Source: Candidatus Heimdallarchaeota archaeon B3_Heim (GTDB lineage: Archaea; Asgardarchaeota; Heimdallarchaeia; Hodarchaeales; Hodarchaeaceae). Taken from it: 15,228 nucleotides of DNA. The stretch lies in contig NJBF01000058.1 in assembly GCA_003144275.1 (NCBI GenBank), positions 1-15,228 of the forward strand, read 5' to 3'. Shown one piece after another: positions 1 to 7,324 of the stretch (the first letter of the stretch is position 1; every line of letters begins with the position of its first letter). The notes under the pieces are model-generated. The model was not told where the DNA came from. It saw nothing but the letters and a program-made list of their open reading frames with translations, and made no database searches. The translations under genes were made by a program, and so were the position numbers.

Positions 1-188
1 AGAATTATCTTAATTCTTCCTAAGATGTGTTCGTGTTCTGTCTGGCCTCAATTCCTAACCCCCACTCTTTAACTAAAAAAAAATTTCTAGTGCAGATGAG
101 GCGCACGCCTTTTAATGTCTGTTATATTTATCTTAAGGATGCCCCGACCTTTGCTCAAAAGCATAAATTATTTCTCGTATAGAATTTG

Positions 189-323
189 TCATTTTCTTCC
201 CCGAAACATAACTGGTACCGCTATAGCGCTTAAACTGAACCCCACTAATAAAATACGAAAGCCAGAGGTTCCTCCACTATCAGAATCACCTGACCTTGTT
301 TTGATCAAACAAATATCATCATC
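189..323 (-). pseudogene. Start-less C-terminal remnant of a surface protein with a PGF-CTERM-like sorting tail
   Basis: Manual minus-strand translation gives DDDICLIKTRSGDSDSGGTSGFRILLVGFSLSAIAVPVMFRGRK*: Gly/Ser linker, TSGF, hydrophobic helix, basic tail. An in-frame TAA lies immediately upstream (324-326) and there is no ATG before the tail. Confidence 0.6.
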
Positions 324-341
324 TTAGTGATGGGAAAAACT

Positions 342-1166
342 CTATTTCTTCTTTCCGATCATTTGAAGGTGTCCTGCGAAATTAATGAGTGATTTAGTAG
401 TACAGTATTCCAGTTCAACCTTTAGAAGTTCTTTCCTCGCCTCAGGATCTTTTTCTAGTTCTTGCATCACTTTTTCATCTACTTGGTGCAGAAACACTGG
501 TGCACCAACGACTTCAACTACTTCTAGGCCTGCATAATCAAAATATTCAGCCAGTTCCTCCCAAGTCAAATTATATTGTGGAAATCCAAATTCAACAGAC
601 ACATTTGTACGAAGAAGTTTTCGAGCTGCTTCTATTTGTTTCGCTTCAATGAATTCAGGAACTCTTCTAAACTTAGTATCCAATGACACAACAACATAGG
701 TCCCTCGCTTGGCTACTCTTCCTAATTCTAGTATCGCATTTCGTGGGGCCATGCACAATGAAACTGCGTCATACTGAGAAAAGACATAGTCAAAGGTGTT
801 TTCTTGGAAAGAATCCTTCATGTCAGTAATATCTGCTTTAATGAATTGAGCATTATGTTTTAATGAAAGCTTCCCCAGCCGTTTTTTTGCTTCATCTAAC
901 ATGCCTTGGGAGAGATCTGATATCACAATGTTCCTATAATCCAATTCAATGAATTTCTGAGCCCAATTTCCGTCACCACCACCCGCGTCAAGAATTAATG
1001 CGTTTGTATCTCTGGGAGCGTACTTTTGAAGATAATGCCAGGTGATATCATCTGCAAAACTCATTGCAGTCCTCGCTACCTCATCATAAATGGAGGGCTT
1101 AAATTCACCCGTAGAGTATCCCTCCGCATATTTATCAAAGATTTCTTCGACTTTTTTCTTAGGCAT
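342..1166 (-). CDS. Class I SAM-dependent methyltransferase (Methyltransf_11/25-like)
   Basis: 274 aa. Motif I ILDAGGGDG, acidic end of strand 2 (VISDLSQGML), ADITDM, FDYVFS. Substrate unknown. Confidence 0.9.
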   Translation of the reverse strand: MPKKKVEEIFDKYAEGYSTGEFKPSIYDEVARTAMSFADDITWHYLQKYAPRDTNALILDAGGGDGNWAQKFIELDYRNIVISDLSQGMLDEAKKRLGKLSLKHNAQFIKADITDMKDSFQENTFDYVFSQYDAVSLCMAPRNAILELGRVAKRGTYVVVSLDTKFRRVPEFIEAKQIEAARKLLRTNVSVEFGFPQYNLTWEELAEYFDYAGLEVVEVVGAPVFLHQVDEKVMQELEKDPEARKELLKVELEYCTTKSLINFAGHLQMIGKKK

Positions 1167-1315
1167 TATACTACCTTCAAATAACCAATGAGAGAATTCT
1201 TTTCCCTACTAAATTTATTTATTGTTTTTTATCCTGAAGTATATATCAAGTAATCTTACCTGGATTATCTAAAATGATGAAAAGGGATTAAAGGGAACGA
1301 TTACTGATTGAGTCA

Positions 1316-3226
1316 TTAAAGCATAATAAAAAGTATTGCGAGTATAGCTGGGATGATCAATGATACAATTGGCCCATATTTCACTAGATTGGCAAAAATA
1401 TTTGTCTTTTTTGATTCAGAGAGTCTGTTTTTAGAATAATTAATATCTGTATAGGTTCCTTCTTTGCAGTATTTGAGGAAGACTTTTCTTACTTTTTCAA
1501 GGTGTTTTATTTCTTCTTTAGTTGTCATAACTTCAAATAAAATTCCTCTGGCCCTTCTAATTACTAAAAATAAGGATACAAAAGTAGAAACTATTAGTAA
1601 GATGAGGGTGGCAGATGAAAAATCCATGCTAAACTTCTTCTTAATGGATTCCATAAAATAACCAGTAGAGGTAGGAGTTCCATTCGTAGACGTGAATGGA
1701 TCGTGAAAATCCTCCTCAGAAATCCAATCAAAGTTTTTGAATAGAATCATTAATCCTGAAAAAACAAGAAAGGGATTAATGATAGCAGAAAGATCCATAA
1801 AAAACCTAATTAAAGACTCTACCCAAGGAGGTAGTACAAAAAAAGATTGTATAGTATTAATTAATTCCTGAACAAAATAACCAACTTCTGGTGGAATTAG
1901 AGCTAACAAGTTGGGTAAAACAATATCAAAAAACCACGGAAAAACAATTGGAGCCGTAAAGGCAATAGATAAACTGACTGTTTGGAAAAAAGTCCTTAAC
2001 AAGAAAAATAACACTCTTTTTGAAAAATGCTTTTCTTTCACATTAAGATTATTGCTTTCATTATTACTTTTAAGATCATCTTTTGATTGTTCTTGTACAA
2101 TTTCTTTCTCCTTGATATGATTCCAGTCAAGTCCTCTTTTATAATTTGAAATGGGGTTAAGGTAAGCGAGTTTAGCTAAAAAAAGTTTGTTTCCTGTATA
2201 TGGTTCTGTGAATCCCTTTTTTTTTCCCAATTTTCTCTTCCAAATTTCTGTATAAGATAACCACGGGGTAGGTACTCGAACAGTAAGATGATTAGGCTTA
2301 GTAATAAAGGTTTCAGGTAAATATCCCATGATTTCACCATCAACCTGATATAAACATTTCTTTTTTGGAGAATCCACATGAATGGACCCCCCCTCAAACG
2401 TTTCAACACTGCTATGGGTGAGATGATTACCCTCATAAATGGTAGAAAAAAATCTCACGAGGGTGAGTCGACGCATTTTTCGCACGGTAGTGGCAGAGAA
2501 TTTACCATCGGTTACTTCTGCATCAGGACAGATATGCATTCCACCTCCATATCGTTTTCCATTACCTATGGCCAACAACATTCTTCGTCCCTCTATCGTC
2601 TGTTCTCCATCTATGCGAATTAATAGATCGTAAGGCTTGAATTTGGCCAGAGTTTTTCCAAGAGCTAATTGATAACTTCTTGACCTTAAAAATCTTAGCG
2701 ATCCTTTATTTTCCCGATTTGCTACTTCTGCATCAAATCCCATGGAAGCTACTCCACAAAAGTAGCGCTCTGCTGTTTCACAGTACCCTACATCGAAAGT
2801 TTTATTTTGACCTTCAACTAGGCATTGTATGGCAGCTTCTAAATCTCCTTCTGGTATCCCGTAGGCAGTAGCTGCGTCTCCAGTCCCAACAGGAATTACA
2901 GAAAAAATTCCTGTCTTATCTGCTTTTAAAATACCATTTAGTACCTCATTTGCTGTTCCATCCCCTCCTACGGAGCAAATTATCTTGTAGCCCTCATTAA
3001 CTCGGGTTCTTGCGATTTCAATTGCATGTTGAGGAGCCGAAGTAAATTCAAAATCATATTCCAAATTGTAATTGTCTATTAATGGCTTAATTTGATCCTC
3101 CCAAATCGTTTTCACGCGTCCTCCAGCAGCGACAGGATTAATTACTAGAAAAACCTCTTTCTTTTTTGATTTAACCCTGTCAATTTCTTGTGTTACTAGG
3201 TCAGAGGGAGTTGTATCAGGAGTCAT
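1316..3226 (-). CDS. Diacylglycerol/lipid kinase family (DAGK/YegS/BmrU-like) domain, aa ~22-320, fused to an unknown multi-pass membrane domain, aa ~405-636
   Basis: INPVAAGG, VGGDGTANEVLNG, GMGFDA-like ASMGFDAEVA, GNGKRYGGG and QVDGE motifs. C-terminal third has about 4 hydrophobic segments. The fusion may be a frameshift artefact (see findings). Confidence 0.85.
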   Translation of the reverse strand: MTPDTTPSDLVTQEIDRVKSKKKEVFLVINPVAAGGRVKTIWEDQIKPLIDNYNLEYDFEFTSAPQHAIEIARTRVNEGYKIICSVGGDGTANEVLNGILKADKTGIFSVIPVGTGDAATAYGIPEGDLEAAIQCLVEGQNKTFDVGYCETAERYFCGVASMGFDAEVANRENKGSLRFLRSRSYQLALGKTLAKFKPYDLLIRIDGEQTIEGRRMLLAIGNGKRYGGGMHICPDAEVTDGKFSATTVRKMRRLTLVRFFSTIYEGNHLTHSSVETFEGGSIHVDSPKKKCLYQVDGEIMGYLPETFITKPNHLTVRVPTPWLSYTEIWKRKLGKKKGFTEPYTGNKLFLAKLAYLNPISNYKRGLDWNHIKEKEIVQEQSKDDLKSNNESNNLNVKEKHFSKRVLFFLLRTFFQTVSLSIAFTAPIVFPWFFDIVLPNLLALIPPEVGYFVQELINTIQSFFVLPPWVESLIRFFMDLSAIINPFLVFSGLMILFKNFDWISEEDFHDPFTSTNGTPTSTGYFMESIKKKFSMDFSSATLILLIVSTFVSLFLVIRRARGILFEVMTTKEEIKHLEKVRKVFLKYCKEGTYTDINYSKNRLSESKKTNIFANLVKYGPIVSLIIPAILAILFIML

Positions 3227-3425
3227 GTTCCATCAATTCTGAAAAGTAAAAGAGTGTTTATTTAAAAATTCTATCTTTCTTCCGCAGTTTTGACTACACC
3301 GTAATAATTTCTTTTTAATAATAAAATTTATTGAATTAATTGCCCTTCCTAGATTTATTATTAGCTTAAAGTCCAATCCCATCGGAATATTAATTAACAT
3401 CTTTTTACTTACTTTAGACAATTTC

Positions 3426-3437
3426 AAATATAAAAAA
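3426..3437 (+). promoter_or_regulatory. Putative archaeal TATA box for the membrane-protein gene
   Basis: AAATATAAAAAA about 22-33 nt upstream of ATG 3459, the spacing expected for a leaderless or short-leader archaeal transcript. Confidence 0.45.
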
Positions 3438-3458
3438 ATCAGTAATAGAGTGTTTAAA

Positions 3459-4076
3459 ATGTCAAGTGAAGAAAAATCTTCGGAAAGAAGTAGCAAAGTA
3501 TTTTGGAGAGATCTGGCAGTTAGATATTGGGTTTATGTAGTGATATTTGGAGTGATCGGAATTGGGGCTATTATCGGATTCATTCTAACATTGGATTGGT
3601 ACATCAACACTTCACCAGTTGGTGGTAAAGGGACATGGACATTCAATCAATTTTCAATGGGAACTGGATTAGAATTCGCTATCTTCCTCTTTCTATATAT
3701 GTTGGTAATTGTTGGAGTGCCAACATTAGCCGCAGCGGGAATCGTGACAGGTTTACTTTGGTTTGTAATCTTTGATACAGAACTAAAAGAAGAAATTAAA
3801 TTACGAAACAAGAAAGATGAAGAACGCAGGAAAAAGTTCGGAAAAACAAGCGAAGGTGGCGGAATTTTCGGTTTTTTAATGTTTGTAGGTGTGTGTATAT
3901 ATATCACCCTTGACGGACATTGGATGACTGAATTTGGTAGCCTGAACTTTAGGTATTTTGTCGATGCATGGATCGCTGTCTTCCTATGGGTCTTGGTCAT
4001 TTTCTGCATCGGAGGAGGATTAGGAATTATCTGGTTTGTTAAAAAATATGAACCTAGTGCTAACCAGGCATCCTAA
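3459..4076 (+). CDS. Uncharacterised archaeal multi-pass membrane protein
   Basis: About 205 aa with 4 hydrophobic segments and a charged central loop (KEEIKLRNKKDEERRKK). ATG 3459 preferred over GTG 3450 given the TATA spacing. Confidence 0.8.
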   Translation: MSSEEKSSERSSKVFWRDLAVRYWVYVVIFGVIGIGAIIGFILTLDWYINTSPVGGKGTWTFNQFSMGTGLEFAIFLFLYMLVIVGVPTLAAAGIVTGLLWFVIFDTELKEEIKLRNKKDEERRKKFGKTSEGGGIFGFLMFVGVCIYITLDGHWMTEFGSLNFRYFVDAWIAVFLWVLVIFCIGGGLGIIWFVKKYEPSANQAS

Positions 4077-4081
4077 AATCC

Positions 4082-4098
4082 TTTTTCTCTTTTTTTTA
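4082..4098 (+). terminator. Oligo-T tract, putative archaeal terminator
   Basis: TTTTTCTCTTTTTTTTA directly after stop 4076. Confidence 0.5.
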
Positions 4099-4139
4099 TC
4101 ATGTCAAATAAGCAGTATCACCACCATTGAGGTGAAAGC

Positions 4140-4238
4140 TTACTCTCCAGTGGAAGTCACTTCCAGGTAGAGTTCCCGATATGTCAAGCGAGAGTTTGCT
4201 AATAGTTTTTGCTGAATTAGTAAGTCAATTTTATCCAT
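4140..4238 (-). pseudogene. Truncated Lrp/AsnC-type HTH regulator (N-terminal remnant)
   Basis: ATG at 4238 reads MDKIDLLIQQKLLANSRLTYREL then YLEVTSTGE*. The first 23 aa fit the Lrp/AsnC start pattern (MDxxDxxIxxxLxxNxRxxyxEL) and stop before the recognition helix. GTAGGAG at 4254-4260 and TTTTTTAAAA at 4261-4270 lie upstream. Confidence 0.7.
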
Positions 4239-4307
4239 AATCCTTACGTAAATCTCCTACTTTTAAAAAATTTATGTATAATTCAGACATTGCTTGTTGA
4301 TTAACGA

Positions 4308-4616
4308 TCACGTCGATTGCCATCTTTTTAGGGTCGGTAGGAGAGATCTTAGATAACTTCTTGCTTCATCTATGGTAATATTAAGATTTGCTACCGTAGT
4401 GGGTCTATTTTTCTCTATCATTTCCACGCTCATTTTTTCGATCATTTCTTTCATTGTAAATTCTTCAGTAAATTTACCTTCTTGATAACACACTTCGCAA
4501 TAATCATCACTTATCGATCCATCTGCTTCTGATCCTTTATCAGTCGCATCCAGAGAACAAGCGCAACTCTGGCAAAGAGGTTCCTCCGAAATGATTTTTT
4601 TATCTAATCCATCCAT
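4308..4616 (-). CDS. Putative zinc ribbon domain protein (Zn_ribbon_2-like)
   Basis: CQSC...G(S)EADGS.SDDYCxxCYQxGxFT...TMxEMIE...LPTLKRW, the characteristic family pattern. Confidence 0.88.
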   Translation of the reverse strand: MDGLDKKIISEEPLCQSCACSLDATDKGSEADGSISDDYCEVCYQEGKFTEEFTMKEMIEKMSVEMIEKNRPTTVANLNITIDEARSYLRSLLPTLKRWQST

Positions 4617-4736
4617 TTAGCTGTACAACTCGTTGAATATCAAAAAACCTGTAAATCTGCCCTGGTTAAGTATTTCCTAATTTCCCAAAGAAATTCTTAT
4701 TATTAGATCGTTTTTTTCTTATCTATTTTTGCCTTC

Positions 4737-5417
4737 TTATACAGATTTGGAAGCAATTGTAGACGAATTAAATCCTTTATGTATAAGCCATACTGCTAGA
4801 ACTACTTCATTCACGATTATTGGGATAGCCAAAATGGCTGTCGATAGCGGATCAAAGACGAACATACTTAAAGGGACTCGTGTTAGCAACAATGTGGCTC
4901 CAATAAGACCCCAGACTGATAACCATCGAGGAAGGAGTTTTGATTGGTACAACAAATAATAAAACATCAGAGCAGCCAGGCAATAGGGAATGTTTTCCAG
5001 AACACTGACCCAATCAGATAATGCTATTAATAAAGTGCCTGAAGTTTGAAAATAGGAAGCGACTGGAGCTTCTGCGGTTACATATTCCCGACTCAATGTC
5101 AAAAGTAAGAGCGGACTGATTGCCATAATAGCATCGCTAAAGCCCTCAAAAATCCTGGCACCAACGTACCCAAGAGCTAAACTTTCATTATGCTTTTTAA
5201 AGATTGGAAACATCATGATTGGAATGCTAACAACTGAAGCGGTTAAAACTAACATCAGAAGCACTCCTATCAGCACATTGTTTTCATTTGTAGAAAAAGC
5301 AACAAGATAATCAGGTGCAATTGGAGAGCCTAAAAATACACCACTTAGCAGAGACGAACCCAATGCAGTTAGAAATAATACTCCCACAATTCGAGCTGTT
5401 CTTTTCTCTGAATTCGT
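4737..5417 (-). CDS. DUF4386 family membrane protein; start extended to an ACG at 5417
   Basis: About 6 TM segments with GYVGARIFE and LLPRWLSVWGLIG motifs. Frame is open 10 codons above the GTG at 5387 (ACG-NSEKRTARI-VGVLF), matching the family-type N-terminus. AGGAGG lies 8 nt upstream of the ACG. Confidence 0.82.
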   Translation of the reverse strand, partial: TNSEKRTARIVGVLFLTALGSSLLSGVFLGSPIAPDYLVAFSTNENNVLIGVLLMLVLTASVVSIPIMMFPIFKKHNESLALGYVGARIFEGFSDAIMAISPLLLLTLSREYVTAEAPVASYFQTSGTLLIALSDWVSVLENIPYCLAALMFYYLLYQSKLLPRWLSVWGLIGATLLLTRVPLSMFVFDPLSTAILAIPIIVNEVVLAVWLIHKGFNSSTIASKSV

Positions 5418-5420
5418 TGA

Positions 5421-6377
5421 TTATTCCTCCTGTGTCACGGTGATAACTACATGGCCCTTCTTACGACCTGTTTCAACATACCTGTGAGCTTCAACAATTT
5501 GTTCTAAGGGAAAATGTTTGTCAATGACTGCTTTTATTGATCCAGCCTCAATAAGTTCCTTCATCTCCTTGACTAAAGGTGGAATATGATCAGTACTCGA
5601 CCCACCAGAATTCTTATCAGAGTTAAGATAGATTCCTGTCTTCTTTAGAGCCCTTTTAGCTTGAGACTTTTCAAGCCTGTCTACTGCATCAAAGATAACA
5701 TCATAAGTCTCACTACCTTCCCAAAAATTCTCTTTCTTGTAATCGATGACCTTATCGGCTCCTAGAGATTTTACCATTTCTAAATTAGTCGTACTGCAAA
5801 CTCCAGTGACTTCTGCACCAAAGGATTTGCAAAGTTGGACTGCATAAGTACCAATACTCCCAGAAGCGCCATTTATAAGAATTTTTTGTCCTGGTTTGAT
5901 ATTTGCTTGTTTAAGAATATATAATGCGGTAACGCCCCCAGTAGTAGCTCCAGCGGCAGCCTCTTCAAAGGTCATATTTGAAGGTTTGATTGCGATCGCC
6001 CCATCTTCAGGCATGCACACATACTCGGCATAGGATGAGGCAGTCCAAAAACTACCTGCCATAACTGGGTCTCCTTTCTTATATAGTGTTACATCTTTGC
6101 CTACAGCTTCAACTACTCCCGAGAGCTCCATCCCGAGTGCAACTTTTTTTGGTTTTCTAATACCTATTATCAGTCGTGCTAAGAGCCATTGTGCGCGAGG
6201 AACATCGAATTTTCGCATACGCACATCCCCTACATGGACTGTTGTGAAATAATTTTTGATGAGTACTTCATTGTCCTTAGGAACTGGTTTGTCTACCTCT
6301 TTGAGCTGGAGAACTTCTGGGCCTCCGTATTTTGTACAAATAACTGCTCGCATTTTCTTATTATCCATTTTTTTCAC
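5421..6377 (-). CDS. NAD(P)-dependent oxidoreductase, MDR superfamily (zinc-independent, quinone oxidoreductase-like)
   Basis: [36 protein letters not shown] (Rossmann), [23 protein letters not shown]. No structural Zn Cys cluster. Alternative starts are ATG 6368 and ATG 6353. Confidence 0.92.
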   Translation of the reverse strand: MKKMDNKKMRAVICTKYGGPEVLQLKEVDKPVPKDNEVLIKNYFTTVHVGDVRMRKFDVPRAQWLLARLIIGIRKPKKVALGMELSGVVEAVGKDVTLYKKGDPVMAGSFWTASSYAEYVCMPEDGAIAIKPSNMTFEEAAAGATTGGVTALYILKQANIKPGQKILINGASGSIGTYAVQLCKSFGAEVTGVCSTTNLEMVKSLGADKVIDYKKENFWEGSETYDVIFDAVDRLEKSQAKRALKKTGIYLNSDKNSGGSSTDHIPPLVKEMKELIEAGSIKAVIDKHFPLEQIVEAHRYVETGRKKGHVVITVTQEE

Positions 6378-6773
6378 GTTATTAATCTGATAAGCTAGTA
6401 CTTTTTCTCAATATTATTTGTTCATTAAAAAAGGTTTGCAACTTTAATAATTTGAAACTGATTAATTTTTGATTATTTCTTGTTTCATGAAATAGTTTAC
6501 TCGACCTAAATAAGGTAGATTCTCAGTGTTTGGAGGAAAAGCTTATAGGGAAGGAGTGGCTTAAAATAGGAAGTTCTAGTCGCTCCAGTCTACTTTGGGA
6601 TCTATGGGTACATCGATAGACACTTCCTCATCAACTGTTGGGAATGGGCCTTACAGCAGTGAAATTATCTTTAGACAAATCATTATGTGGAGTATAAATG
6701 ATAGAAGTGGGTTTGTACTTTTTCACGAGTGCAGGAGAGTGAATAGAACTGATTGGTCCAGTTTAGTTGTAAT

Positions 6774-6780
6774 AGGAGGA
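6774..6780 (+). promoter_or_regulatory. Shine-Dalgarno site
   Basis: AGGAGGA 8 nt upstream of ATG 6789. Confidence 0.7.
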
Positions 6781-6788
6781 TTTAAACT

Positions 6789-7061
6789 ATGAAGTATATT
6801 GTATTTTGGGAATTTGAAGCAAAAGATTTTGAAAAAAGTGTGCAAAAATATGCAAATCTACCAGAAGGAATGGAGCTAAAATCGCTTAGTGAAAATTATG
6901 TTGTCCTGGGTGAAACGCGAGGCTTTCAATTACTTGAAACCGATAATCCAGTTGACATCGCAAAGCTGGCACTGTATTATGCCCCTGAGACGGATTTCAC
7001 AGTTCAACCCATCATCGAAGCCAAACAGGTTATGGACACGTTTGAACAACTAAAGACCTGA
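6789..7061 (+). CDS. Small DUF3303/GYD-like ferredoxin-fold protein
   Basis: 90 aa: MKYIVFWEF...GETRGFQLLETDNP...LALYYAPETDFTVQPII. Strong SD upstream and terminator downstream. Confidence 0.75.
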   Translation: MKYIVFWEFEAKDFEKSVQKYANLPEGMELKSLSENYVVLGETRGFQLLETDNPVDIAKLALYYAPETDFTVQPIIEAKQVMDTFEQLKT

Positions 7062-7070
7062 TCTAGTTGT

Positions 7071-7108
7071 AAAAAAGGCCACTAGAAGGTCCTTTTTCCT
7101 TTTTTTCT
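7071..7108. terminator. Hairpin with A-tract and T-tract between convergent genes; possibly bidirectional
   Basis: AAAAAAGGCC-ACTAGAA-GGTCCTTTTT followed by CCTTTTTTT, 9 nt after stop 7061. Confidence 0.65.
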
Positions 7109-7324
7109 CCTCATGCGGGGTAGTTTTATTTTACCGAAATCTTCTCATTTGTTGAATAAATGAGGTATTGAGCTTTCCTCTTGAAAATATGTGACCCCAT
7201 ACAAACAGAGTCAGAGAAGTCTCCGGTTATTTGTCTTTAGATTCTCCATCCTCCCAGTAACGAGTTATTATTTCTATTGATCTGCGAATTCTTTCTCCTC
7301 ACCAGAGGACGTTGGCTGTGTATT

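Noticed and set aside
115-327. + strand 70-aa ORF
   Set aside because: Antisense shadow of the minus-strand sorting-tail remnant; no protein-like features.
1464-2871. Short ORFs at 1464, 1911, 2176, 2378, 2439 and 2680
   Set aside because: All overlap the kinase gene antisense or out of frame; no motifs.
3233-3496. Minus-strand 87-aa ORF
   Set aside because: AT-rich divergent promoter region overlapping the start of the + gene; low-complexity I/L/K/N translation.
3647-6398. ORFs 3647..4009, 4729..4959 and 6189..6398
   Set aside because: Antisense to well-supported CDSs.
6576-6650. Minus-strand acidic peptide GPFPTVDEEVSIDVPIDPKVDWSD* (and + ORF 6595..6792)
   Set aside because: Looks like a protein C-terminus but is only 24 aa, directly preceded by a stop, with no recognisable family; too weak to call a pseudogene.
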